Counted from the stretch's first letter, positions 18,911 through 27,957 are shown. The stretch: DNA of 64,000 nucleotides from Nitrospirota bacterium (GCA_963740085.1 CAVUCU010000001.1:288001-352000), one strand, 5' to 3'. Notes: generated by a model not told the origin, from the sequence alone. Numbers and translations are program-made.

Positions 18911-20643
18911 ACCGCGGGGTCTTTAAGCGAATATTTATCCTCTATGCCGTCCTTATTCTCCTGGCGTTCCTCTTCGTTGAGCTCTCCATCACCAGCGCGA
19001 TCCGGGAACGTTACCTTGCCGGCCTGAAGCGGAACCTTTCCGTTCAGGCATCCCTGATCGCTGACAGCATAACGTTCGACAGCCGCAGCCTCGACGATCT
19101 GTGCAGAAAATTGAAAGAGAAGACGGGCGCGCGCATCACGGTCATTGCGCTTGATGGCCGGGTCATCGGAGATTCTGACAGCGATTCATCGATCATGGAG
19201 AACCATGCCCACCGGCCTGAGATCCAGCAGGCGGCGCTGAACGGCACCGGGTCTTTCATTCGTACCAGCGACACGCTGAAGCATGATTTTCTGTACGTTG
19301 CCCGCCGGGTGACCTCCGGTGAGATGCCGACCGGTTATATCCGGCTGAGCGTCCCGCTTCTGGATATCGATCATGCCGTGAATGCGGCCCGGCTGAACAT
19401 CCTCTTCATCGTTGGTTTCGTCCTTGCGGGCACGGGGCTGTTCTCGCTCTGGCAATTTGAATACCTGCGGAGACTTACCCGGGAGATCAATGACTTTGCC
19501 AGATCGCTCGTTCCACGTGGCATGGGAACTAAATTATTCTTAAAGGACGCCGGAGAATTCAGCGACATCGCCGACAGCTTGAACACCATGTCGGCGGAAT
19601 TGAAGACGGTCATCGGGGAACACGAAGAAGAGCGGAAAAGGCTCAACGAGATCCTGAGGAGCATCCCCGATGCGCTGATCATCACGGACAGCAACGGGGT
19701 CGTCCTCCTGTCGAGCGCCGCAACAAGGACTTTCTTCGGCGATACACCCCTCCTGGGCAGGCCGTTCATCCAGGTGGTCCGGAACAGCGAATTTTTTTCG
19801 CTCCTGGATGATGTCCGAACCAGCAGAAAACCGGGTGTCTCCGAGTTCAAGATCGAATACCCTGTTGAACGATATTGCATCGTCCGGATATCCCCGCTCT
19901 TTCACGGCAGGGATGAACTGACTGGCTTTGTCGCCATTTTTCATGACATCACCGAGCTTAAAAAAATAGAACAGGTCAGAAAAGATTTTGTCGCGAATGC
20001 CTCCCATGAGATCAAGACGCCGATCACCGCCATCAAAGGTTTTGCGGACACGCTCCTGGAAGGAGCTCTGGATGACAAGGAACATGCCGTTAAATTCCTC
20101 AAAGCAATTCAGTCCAACAGCGAACGGATCAACAGCCTCGTCGATGACCTCATGATCATCTCTAAAATTGAGATGGGAGTCGTTAAGATCGAGAAAAAGT
20201 CTGTCTCGTTTGTCGATATTGCGGAAGCGGTGCAGGCTATCCTCAGGGAAAGGGCAGAGGCAAAGGACCTTACCCTCGCCATCTCCATCGGTCCGGATAT
20301 GAATGAGATCGTTGCCGACCGCGACCGTCTTACGCAGATACTGACGAACCTTGTCGAGAACGGCATAAAGTTTACCGATCAGGGCGGCGTAACGTTCGGG
20401 ATGGATAAGGAGAACGGTAAAGCGGTCATCTTTGTTGAAGATACGGGCGTCGGAATTCCCAAACAGCACCTCTCACGGATCGGTGAACGGTTCTACCGGG
20501 TTGATCCCAGTCGTTCAAGGCAAATGGGCGGGACCGGACTCGGCCTCGCCATCGTGAAGCATCTGGTGAAGGCGCATGGATGGGACATGCAGATAGACAG
20601 TACGCCGGGAAAAGGGACGAGGGTAAGGATTATTGTGGCGTAA
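18907..20643 (+). CDS. phoR: PhoR-like sensor histidine kinase (HAMP-PAS-HisKA-HATPase)
   Basis: MENHAHRPEI, DFVANASHEIKTP, NLVENGIK, RFYRVD, GGTGLGLAIVKH. Confidence 0.88.
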   Translation: MNRGVFKRIFILYAVLILLAFLFVELSITSAIRERYLAGLKRNLSVQASLIADSITFDSRSLDDLCRKLKEKTGARITVIALDGRVIGDSDSDSSIMENHAHRPEIQQAALNGTGSFIRTSDTLKHDFLYVARRVTSGEMPTGYIRLSVPLLDIDHAVNAARLNILFIVGFVLAGTGLFSLWQFEYLRRLTREINDFARSLVPRGMGTKLFLKDAGEFSDIADSLNTMSAELKTVIGEHEEERKRLNEILRSIPDALIITDSNGVVLLSSAATRTFFGDTPLLGRPFIQVVRNSEFFSLLDDVRTSRKPGVSEFKIEYPVERYCIVRISPLFHGRDELTGFVAIFHDITELKKIEQVRKDFVANASHEIKTPITAIKGFADTLLEGALDDKEHAVKFLKAIQSNSERINSLVDDLMIISKIEMGVVKIEKKSVSFVDIAEAVQAILRERAEAKDLTLAISIGPDMNEIVADRDRLTQILTNLVENGIKFTDQGGVTFGMDKENGKAVIFVEDTGVGIPKQHLSRIGERFYRVDPSRSRQMGGTGLGLAIVKHLVKAHGWDMQIDSTPGKGTRVRIIVA

Positions 20644-20675
20644 ATATTGATGGTTTCTTTAAGAAATCTGGTTTA

Positions 20676-20754
20676 ACCGCAGAGCCGCGGAGGCCGCAGA
20701 GGTAACCAATCAAATTATTAAGGTTTTATTCTCCGCGTCCCAGCGTCTCTGCGG
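20676..20754. repeat. class A inverted tandem repeat element (empty)
   Basis: ACCGCAGAG-CCGCGGAG-GCCGCAGAG ... CTCCGCG-TCCCAGCG-TCTCTGCGG. Confidence 0.8.
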
Positions 20755-20795
20755 CAGATAATTATTTTTACGATTGCATCAATATTGAGTTTGCA

Positions 20796-21365
20796 TCAGA
20801 TCCACTTCACCCTCGGTTCTTTCTTCGGCGGCCGGGCGGACTCCGCCTTTGGATAACCGAGGAGGATGGGGCCGAAGATCGCCTCGTCCTCTTTTAATTC
20901 AAGGAGCCTTCTCACTTCCGGGTCTTCGGTCACCATCGCGCCGAAGCCGACCCAGCAGCTCCCCAGTCCCAGCGATTGCGCGGCGAGCATCATATTCTCG
21001 CAGGCCAGCGGACAGGAATGAGCGGCATAGCGCCCGTTGCCGATGACGAAAACGATCGTCGGCGCGGAGTAATAAACAGGGTCAGGCAGCTCGGCATACC
21101 GTTTTTTGATCGCTTCATACCGTTCCGGATCGATATCCTTCACCAGATCGGTTATCTTTTTTGCCTGCGGCAATGCGGCGCCAAGGAGCTTTTTTTTCGC
21201 TGCCTCGTCTTCTACCACGACGAACCTCCAGGGCTGGCTGTTCATCGCGGACGGCGCCTCGTTCCCCGCGTCCAGTATCGTATTCAACGCGTCCCTCGGG
21301 ATGGATTTCGCCTCATAGGCCCTTACAGCGCGTCTTTTTCTTATTGCTTCAATAACTGCATTCAC
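20796..21365 (-). CDS. nitroreductase family protein
   Basis: IRKRRAVR, APSAMNSQPWRF, ENMMLAA-SLGLGSCW. Confidence 0.92.
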   Translation of the reverse strand: MNAVIEAIRKRRAVRAYEAKSIPRDALNTILDAGNEAPSAMNSQPWRFVVVEDEAAKKKLLGAALPQAKKITDLVKDIDPERYEAIKKRYAELPDPVYYSAPTIVFVIGNGRYAAHSCPLACENMMLAAQSLGLGSCWVGFGAMVTEDPEVRRLLELKEDEAIFGPILLGYPKAESARPPKKEPRVKWI

Positions 21366-21384
21366 AGTAACTCCTCCCGGCGAT

Positions 21385-21505
21385 TATTATATTTTCAAGA
21401 TTTACCACAGAGCACACAGAGAAGGAGTTGAATATATCCTCAGTGCCCTCTGCCTGCGCCCAGCGTTTACGAGTGGAACCGCGAGTGCGGGGTGTGGTTT
21501 CATTT
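21385..21505. repeat. class A element with a 40-nt insertion in its right arm; near-copy of 32541-32680
   Basis: TATTATATTTTCAAGATTTACCACAGAG-CACACAGAG ... CTCAGTGCCCTCTG[21453-21492]TGTGGTTT. Confidence 0.8.
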
Positions 21506-21520
21506 CTTCTTTGCCCACCC

Positions 21521-22177
21521 CTACTGTTTCTTGAACATCACATCCGCAAAATAGCCCTCACCCGAGGTCCCGGTATGCTGTGAGTTTGACTGGAGCCTGA
21601 TCCCGCTCACGGGCGGAGGCTCTGAACCGTACATCTTCTTGTAATCATCATAAACGTTCCTTGCTTCAGTGATCCATTTCCCCAATTCAGCCGGACCCGA
21701 TCGCAGCACCACGACCTTGACCGTCATAAAAGGGACCGGAGACGTATCTTCCATGAGCCCCGCAGGCGCCGTCGTATCCCAGATGTACACGATGGCCTTG
21801 GTCTTGGTGAACGCGACAAAGAGCTGGGCCGCCTGATCATCCGTTTTCGACTTCCTGAAGTCGCCGCCCACGGGCAGTTTGGTTACTTTCCATTTCCACG
21901 TGAGCCAGGGAAATTGTTTGAGGTCCACCTTCACCTCTTTTTGAAGCGAAAAGGACGAGTCGACGCTCCGGAACCTGCCCGCGGCGATGTTTCCGTCCTT
22001 GACCACGGCGAAGTCCGCCTTGCCGGATTTTTCCTTGAGCTGCCACCCCGCGGGGACCCCCGGTACGCCGACAGCGGATGAGAAGTCCGCGATTACGATC
22101 CGGTCTTCGGCCCGTACCATTGGGGCAAAGATGAGCATGAAAAACAAGGCACTGTTGAACATTATGGTAAAAGACAT
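21521..22177 (-). CDS. DUF3047-like secreted protein
   Basis: Signal peptide, PWLTWKWKV, DDQAAQLFV, IVYIWD, WITEARNV. SD GGAGGT. Confidence 0.8.
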   Translation of the reverse strand: MSFTIMFNSALFFMLIFAPMVRAEDRIVIADFSSAVGVPGVPAGWQLKEKSGKADFAVVKDGNIAAGRFRSVDSSFSLQKEVKVDLKQFPWLTWKWKVTKLPVGGDFRKSKTDDQAAQLFVAFTKTKAIVYIWDTTAPAGLMEDTSPVPFMTVKVVVLRSGPAELGKWITEARNVYDDYKKMYGSEPPPVSGIRLQSNSQHTGTSGEGYFADVMFKKQ

Positions 22178-22287
22178 TGCACACCTCCTAAAAATATGGT
22201 TAGGGAATGATTCAATTACAGTTTTTAAAAACAAATCCATGACGACCTTATTGAAATCCCCCGGTAAATCATCCTGCTCTTTAATAT

Positions 22288-22325
22288 TGTAACAGAATTT
22301 TATTATCTCTGTAATGTTCCTGTAA
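22288..22325 (+). promoter_or_regulatory. Pho-box-like array (11-bp period)
   Basis: TGTAA at 22288, TTTAT at 22299, TGTAA at 22310 and TGTAA at 22321. Confidence 0.7.
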
Positions 22326-22365
22326 CAATTTTTAGATACTCTTCCAACAAACAAAGGAGGTGCAT

Positions 22366-22620
22366 ATGCAGACATCGCAGTCGATCAGTGAAATAAATCA
22401 AAAATCCGCCGGTGTTCATGAATCAACCTGTCCCTTCGAATCGGAATCAGGTCATTTTTGTCACGCAGCGGTCATGACCGTTGTCATGAGCAGCCATCAA
22501 AAGAAGAGCTATTGCTGGACGGACAATTACTCAAGCTGTCCAATATTCCTTGCGAAGATATTGCGCGGCAGAAAGCAGGGAGCTTTCATGGAACTGAGGA
22601 GGAGGAATATATATGCCTGA
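22366..22620 (+). CDS. small Cys-rich hypothetical protein
   Basis: SD AAAGGAGG, four Cys (CPF, FCH, YCW, CPIFLAKILR), directly behind a Pho-box array. Confidence 0.65.
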   Translation: MQTSQSISEINQKSAGVHESTCPFESESGHFCHAAVMTVVMSSHQKKSYCWTDNYSSCPIFLAKILRGRKQGAFMELRRRNIYA

Positions 22621-22723
22621 ACAATCGATAAACAATCTTGACCTGCGTCTCGATGAAAATGAATCCGCTCTGCTTGCCAGCGCTGTTGAATGGCTCGTGA
22701 CACGAGCTTGGATTCCCCCCTGA
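22613..22723 (+). CDS. 36-aa small ORF (MPEQSINNLDLRLDENESALLASAVEWLVTRAWIPP)
   Basis: Strong SD GAGGAGGAGG; overlaps the stop of the previous ORF. Not in the ORF track because it is too short. Confidence 0.45.
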   Translation: MPEQSINNLDLRLDENESALLASAVEWLVTRAWIPP

Positions 22724-22830
22724 CGATGTCAATCGCTCTTACCGGGACAGTTTTGCGTTTTTTTTAAAGAACCCGGGACAATAAAGGCATTCTTTGACGT
22801 GACGAGAATGCGGAGAAAAAGCCTGCTTAA

Positions 22831-23256
22831 GTGAAATACTTTACCAGGATCGTTGACACTATTATAAAATTCATGATCCCGCTCGTGATCCTCGCACTTT
22901 TGATGGGTATCGCGCGGGTCATCATAGACCTGCGCGCGGTATTCGGGAGCCAGACCATAGCGGCGGCCTTTGACATGATGGTGACCAATATCCTCTCGAT
23001 GTTCATCGTCATCGAACTGCTCCGGAGTGTCATCGAATACTTTGCCGTGCATCGTCTCAAGATAACGTTCATTACCGATGCCGCCCTGGTCTTCGTGCTG
23101 CGCGAAATCATGATCGGGCTCTATGAGCACAATCTTAAGCCCGGCATGATCATATCGCTTTCGGTCCTGATTTTCGTGATCGGCGGCCTGAGGACGCTGG
23201 CGGTCATTTATTCACCGGAAAAGTACCTGGAAAAAGGGGAGGCGCACTATGGATAA
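22831..23256 (+). CDS. psiE: phosphate-starvation-inducible PsiE family protein
   Basis: Four TM segments, ILSMFIVIELLRS, FITDAALVFVLREIMI. Confidence 0.8.
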   Translation: MKYFTRIVDTIIKFMIPLVILALLMGIARVIIDLRAVFGSQTIAAAFDMMVTNILSMFIVIELLRSVIEYFAVHRLKITFITDAALVFVLREIMIGLYEHNLKPGMIISLSVLIFVIGGLRTLAVIYSPEKYLEKGEAHYG

Positions 23257-23353
23257 CAGTATGAAAAAGAATGACCTGACAAAGTTCGAAGAGATTCTCC
23301 TGGTCGTTGTGGCGATGGCGGGTTTACTTGTTATGGTGGTCTATTGGAAATAG
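23249..23353 (+). CDS. 34-aa single-TM small protein (MDNSMKKNDLTKFEEILLVVVAMAGLLVMVVYWK)
   Basis: SD GGGGAGG, overlaps the psiE stop, ends 14 nt before the GH1 start. Confidence 0.55.
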   Translation: MDNSMKKNDLTKFEEILLVVVAMAGLLVMVVYWK

Positions 23354-23367
23354 TGAAAGGAAAAACC

Positions 23368-24651
23368 GTGCCTATCGTAAAGGAACTGTGGAAGAAAAAG
23401 TTCTTTCCGCCCGATTTCCAGTGGGGCGTGGCGACCTCTGCCTTTCAATTGGAAGGCTCTCCTAATGCGGACTGGACGGCCTGGGACCCTCTCCTGTGCA
23501 AGAACCCGGATATCACGGACCACTACAGGCTTTTCAGGGAGGACCTCAAGCTGCTTAAAGAACTGGGCGTAAATGCCTACCGATTTTCCCTTGAATGGAG
23601 CCGGATCCAGCCACGCATGGACACCTGGGACCATGAGGCCATCGCGCACTATCAGGAGATCATCGACATCCTCCGAAGCTACAACATCGAGCCGATGGTC
23701 ACCCTTCACCATTTCACGCATCCTCGCTGGTTCATGGAGCGCCGGCCCTGGCATCGGTCCGAGTCGATCGAGCAGTTTCTCCGATTTACGGAAATGATGG
23801 TCTCCACCCTGAAGGGCATCCGCTACTGGATAACGTTCAATGAACCCTATGTCATCCTGCTCGGCGGCTATCTGGAAGGCTGCACCCCGCCCGGCCTGAA
23901 AGATCCCCCCCGCTCGCTCGTTGCCCTGAAAAACATCTTCACCTGTCACGGCAAAGCCTACGACATCATCCACCGGTATGTTCCCGACGCGCAGGTCAGC
24001 ATTGCGCATAATATGTCCGTCTTCGCTCCCTGGAAGAGATGGAACCCCCTCGATCGTCTCCTGAAAAAGACCGCCAATTATTTCTATAATCATTCGATCA
24101 TCAATGCGTTCCGGACCGGGGTCTTTATCATCAAGTTCCCCTTTTCGCGGCCGGTCGAGATCGAAGTTCCCATCAAGGATAAGATCGACTTCTTCGGCGT
24201 GAATTACTACACCCGGATCCACCTCCGCTTCAATCCCTTCAAAAAGATGGGTGTGGAACTCCGGCACCTGGACATCGACGGACACGGCCTTACCAATATC
24301 GGGTGGGAAGTTCACCCGCGAGGCCTTGCCAAGGTCCTCCGCTATGCGTCACGGCTCAACCTACCGCTCATCATCACCGAGAACGGAATAGCGACCCATG
24401 ACACGGAAATGAAGGTCAAGTATATGAAGCAGCACGTGGATGTCATAGAACGGTGCCTGAAAGAAGGACTTGATGTCCGGGGATATTTCTACTGGACCCT
24501 CATCGACAACTACGAATGGCTCCAGGGGCTCGATGCCCGGTTCGGCCTCTACCATGTGGATTTCGATACCCTCGAGCGCACCCAGACCCATGCGGCGACC
24601 TACTATACCTACCTGATTCAAAGTCGCTCCGAAATACGGCGCGCACTGTAA
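23368..24651 (+). CDS. glycoside hydrolase family 1
   Basis: WGVATSAFQLEG, YRFSLEWSRI, TFNEP (acid/base), ITENG (nucleophile), DNYEW. Confidence 0.93.
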   Translation: MPIVKELWKKKFFPPDFQWGVATSAFQLEGSPNADWTAWDPLLCKNPDITDHYRLFREDLKLLKELGVNAYRFSLEWSRIQPRMDTWDHEAIAHYQEIIDILRSYNIEPMVTLHHFTHPRWFMERRPWHRSESIEQFLRFTEMMVSTLKGIRYWITFNEPYVILLGGYLEGCTPPGLKDPPRSLVALKNIFTCHGKAYDIIHRYVPDAQVSIAHNMSVFAPWKRWNPLDRLLKKTANYFYNHSIINAFRTGVFIIKFPFSRPVEIEVPIKDKIDFFGVNYYTRIHLRFNPFKKMGVELRHLDIDGHGLTNIGWEVHPRGLAKVLRYASRLNLPLIITENGIATHDTEMKVKYMKQHVDVIERCLKEGLDVRGYFYWTLIDNYEWLQGLDARFGLYHVDFDTLERTQTHAATYYTYLIQSRSEIRRAL

Positions 24652-24701
24652 CACAAACTTAATATTCCCGTAATACTCCCGTAACGGTCGACCTGTATGA
24701 T
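24647..24701 (+). promoter_or_regulatory. Pho-box-like array plus -10 element
   Basis: TGTAA/CTTAA/CGTAA/CGTAA at 24647, 24658, 24669 and 24680, then TATGAT at 24696. Confidence 0.7.
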
Positions 24702-24708
24702 TTCCTTA

Positions 24709-25401
24709 ATGATGCTGTGTGACTTCCATATTCACACCACCTTTTCGGACGGTTCACTGGAAATGAGAAAGACCATTGACCTTTTTGGCCAGGCCGGCTT
24801 CGATGTCATTGCCATTACGGACCACGTCGTGAACGGCGACAACGTGATGGGTAAATTCGCGCGACAATTCAACTTGTCTATCCGTGGAGACAATTTTGAT
24901 GAATATCTTTCCACTCTGCGTAAGGAGGCGGAACGGGCGTGGAACAAATACGGCATGCTCGTGGTCCCCGGCGTGGAAATAAGTAAGAACTACATTTCCA
25001 ATGAGAGATCGGCCCACCTCCTTCTTCTTGATATCAAGGAGTTCATTCCGGCCTGCTTGACCTATGAAGAGATCTTCCTCGAAGCGCGGCGGCAGGATAC
25101 GGTGACCGTTGCCTGCCACCCTCATAACACGCCGGATGTCATGAATAAGGACACCCTCTTTCTCTGGAGGAACCGGGATAAGTACGCAAAGTACATCGAT
25201 GCCTGGGAGATCGCGAACCGGGATGACGTTTTTAATGTGATCAGCCTTAAAAAATATCCTTACATCGCCAACAGCGATTTTCACAAGGCGCGCCACCTCT
25301 ACTCGTGGAAAACCCTGCTGAACTGCGAAAAAAACGTTGAATCCGTGAAGAACTGCATTCGGCACAATAAAGGCGTGGCGATCACGCTTTTTAGGAATTG
25401 A
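24709..25401 (+). CDS. PHP-domain phosphoesterase
   Basis: DFHIHTTFSDG, AITDH, PGVE, CHP, NSDFH. Confidence 0.88.
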   Translation: MMLCDFHIHTTFSDGSLEMRKTIDLFGQAGFDVIAITDHVVNGDNVMGKFARQFNLSIRGDNFDEYLSTLRKEAERAWNKYGMLVVPGVEISKNYISNERSAHLLLLDIKEFIPACLTYEEIFLEARRQDTVTVACHPHNTPDVMNKDTLFLWRNRDKYAKYIDAWEIANRDDVFNVISLKKYPYIANSDFHKARHLYSWKTLLNCEKNVESVKNCIRHNKGVAITLFRN

Positions 25402-25413
25402 AGGAGGAGCCAG

Positions 25414-26655
25414 ATGAACCTATTTCTCATATGCACTTTGGTCTCGATCGCGGGAACCATCCTCTACTTGCTTCAGGTTGGGGCAACGTGCTCCCTGGTG
25501 AAAAGGAACAGGGCCTCTGAGTGCCGGGTAACAACCGCCCCTGCGGGCCCCCCTCACCCCGTCTCGGTCCTGAAGCCCCTCCGGGGGCTTGACGACAACC
25601 TTTTCGACAACCTCGCGAGCTTCTGCACCCAGGACTATCCCTCCTACGAAATAATCATCGGCCTGCAGGATTTCAACGATCCGGCCTACAAAGTCGCAAA
25701 AAAGATACAGGACAAGTACCCGGACCGCAACATATCCATCGTGGTGGAAAAATGCAATGCCGGGCTCAACCCCAAGGTCAACAACCTCATACCTGCCTAT
25801 AGAAAAAGCCAGCATCCCTATATACTGATCAGCGACAGCAATGTGATGGTAGAAAAAAACTATCTTCAGGAGATCATGCGCCACACCAATGACCCGCAAG
25901 TCGGGCTGGTGAGCAACCTTATCCGCGGTATTGGCGGGCGCAGTATCGGGGCCGTACTCGAGAACCTTCACTTGAATTCGTTCATCATCGGCAGTGTCAG
26001 CTTCCTCGACCGGTTCCTGAAGATGCCTTGTGTCATCGGGAAGTCGATGCTCATGAAAAAGGACGACCTCGCGGCGCTGGGGGGACTTGAGGCCTTCAAA
26101 GACATCCTGGCAGAGGATTTTATCATCGGCCGCGAGATGAAGCGTGCCGGGAAGAAAGTCGTCCTGTCGAGCTATCTGATCAGCAACGTCAATGAGTACT
26201 GGAATATAAAACGCTTCCTGAACCGCCACACGCGATGGGGAAAGCTCAGATGGCAGATCGGCGGGGTCAGGTATTTCTCTGAGATTCTCGCCAATCCCTT
26301 TTTTGTCGCCACCCTTCCGGTATTGTTCAAGGGGCCATCGCGAGAAGCGCTTTCCTTTGCGGCCCTCGTTGGATTGATCAAGGTCCTGGGAGATTCCGTG
26401 ATGGGAAGAAGGATCACCTCATTGTCCGGGGAACAGGCCATTCGGACGCCTTCATCGCTTACCTACTTTTTATCTCCCCTCAAGGACCTTATAATCGGCA
26501 TTGTGTGGTTCGTGCCGCTCTTTAGTTCAACAATAGTCTGGCGCGGTAACCGGTATATCATTGGAAAAGATTCCCGGCTTTCACCTTGTTCGGAGGGCGG
26601 GGCCTGGTCATGGGGGTACCGGATCACGGAAAGCATAAGGGCACGTGTTGCTTGA
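25414..26655 (+). CDS. ceramide glucosyltransferase / HpnI-like glycosyltransferase (GT21/GT2)
   Basis: N-terminal TM, VSVLKPLRG, QDYP, GLNPKVNNL, ISDSNV, LAEDF, RHTRW, IVWRG. Confidence 0.88.
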   Translation: MNLFLICTLVSIAGTILYLLQVGATCSLVKRNRASECRVTTAPAGPPHPVSVLKPLRGLDDNLFDNLASFCTQDYPSYEIIIGLQDFNDPAYKVAKKIQDKYPDRNISIVVEKCNAGLNPKVNNLIPAYRKSQHPYILISDSNVMVEKNYLQEIMRHTNDPQVGLVSNLIRGIGGRSIGAVLENLHLNSFIIGSVSFLDRFLKMPCVIGKSMLMKKDDLAALGGLEAFKDILAEDFIIGREMKRAGKKVVLSSYLISNVNEYWNIKRFLNRHTRWGKLRWQIGGVRYFSEILANPFFVATLPVLFKGPSREALSFAALVGLIKVLGDSVMGRRITSLSGEQAIRTPSSLTYFLSPLKDLIIGIVWFVPLFSSTIVWRGNRYIIGKDSRLSPCSEGGAWSWGYRITESIRARVA

Positions 26656-26740
26656 CAGGGAAAAAGTACAAGGCATATATCTTTAAGTGCTGAGTTCAGA
26701 ATCCATTGCTACAGTCTCTGGAAAAAACAGGAGTGAAGAT

Positions 26741-27310
26741 ATGAAAATCTTGGACGATCTAGAAATGACTAAACCACAGAACATTGCAACAACCCATACT
26801 GCAGGACAACGTCGCACAATGAGACCGTTAAGACCGCGCGGTGCAAGTCAAGCCCATGATCCTGTCGATTTCGTTGCACTCCTCCAACCTCTCGTCGACC
26901 GGGGCCGCGAACACGCGTCGAACAAGTCTGTTCGCGTCGAATTCGTCCATGATGAGGCCCGGACTGTCTGCATATTCGACGAAAATAAATTTTTTCAGAT
27001 CTCAGCCTGCCTGTTGCAAAATGCGATACGTTCCACAAGCCGTGGGACGATTGCGGTCATTGCAAAGCGCGAGCGCTGCTGGTTTCACATGACGATCGCG
27101 GACACGGGCCACGGGGATGCGGGTGCCGGTGGCTTGATCACGGCTCGGAAACTCACAGGCCTTTTCGGCGGCTCGCTGGCGGTAGCGAGCAAGACAGGCG
27201 AAGGGACCATCGCGCAGGTCTGCCTGCCTGTCATCTGCTTGACGGGACAGGACGTGACTGCAGTTCCTCTTGACGTCATTGTCAATGGAAGACGCTATGA
27301 CGCCGGTTGA
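26741..27310 (+). CDS. degenerate HATPase_c-only protein (possible histidine-kinase remnant)
   Basis: LLQNAIR, DTGHG, GAGGLI, GEGT boxes. No HisKA His motif, and the ATP lid is shortened. Confidence 0.5.
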   Translation: MKILDDLEMTKPQNIATTHTAGQRRTMRPLRPRGASQAHDPVDFVALLQPLVDRGREHASNKSVRVEFVHDEARTVCIFDENKFFQISACLLQNAIRSTSRGTIAVIAKRERCWFHMTIADTGHGDAGAGGLITARKLTGLFGGSLAVASKTGEGTIAQVCLPVICLTGQDVTAVPLDVIVNGRRYDAG

Positions 27311-27419
27311 CGTCTCCTCTTTTCAATGCGCCAGAGAAACTTCAATCGAGAGGTCAATCCCAGCGAATACAGAAGGGAGCGGCGGCATCATACCGGGCTT
27401 GCGCTTCAGATCTGCGTTA

Positions 27420-27475
27420 TTTCACGAAAATGCAACATCGTTGTCATTACCATGTAATACAGACAATGCTACGAT
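27420..27475 (+). promoter_or_regulatory. Pho-box-like array
   Basis: TTTCA/TGCAA/TGTCA/TGTAA at 27420, 27431, 27442 and 27453, then TACGAT at 27470. Confidence 0.6.
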
Positions 27476-27510
27476 AATTATAAAATTCAACGGAAAAAAG
27501 CGGAGGATAT

Positions 27511-27792
27511 ATGAGCGACCTTCAAAAGCGGTGTCAGGCAATCTGCGGAAAGTACACCCATCGATGCTACACACCCGACGGAAACCGATTTGAATGTCTA
27601 TCGGACACGTTGACAGACAAAATGCGGGCGATGCGTGAGGTCATCGCGATCGGCATTGAGCGGAATGCCTGCCCTCAGGTGGCCGGTATTCTCAACGTAG
27701 CCACTGAGAATGTCGACGAGGTGCTGGAGTGGCTGAATTACCTTCACTCCATGCGGGACGGAGTCATGCGGGAAAATTACCGTATGCAGTAG
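27511..27792 (+). CDS. hypothetical protein (93 aa, Cys-containing)
   Basis: SD GGAGG, Pho-box-like array upstream. Confidence 0.6.
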   Translation: MSDLQKRCQAICGKYTHRCYTPDGNRFECLSDTLTDKMRAMREVIAIGIERNACPQVAGILNVATENVDEVLEWLNYLHSMRDGVMRENYRMQ

Positions 27793-27884
27793 CGCAGCGA
27801 TAAAATGAAGCGGGAAATCACGATCTGCCGGTGTTATACTCTTTGGAGAAATCAATTTCGACTTAAGTCTTTTCTTTATCGAAA

Positions 27885-27911
27885 TGTAATGTGATTGTAA
27901 CATAATTGTAA
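27885..27911 (+). promoter_or_regulatory. Pho box of pstS
   Basis: TGTAA-tgtgat-TGTAA-cataat-TGTAA (27885, 27896, 27907). Confidence 0.8.
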
Positions 27912-27957
27912 CAATTCTATGATAAACAATGTGATATACAATTTAAGGAGGAAGTCT

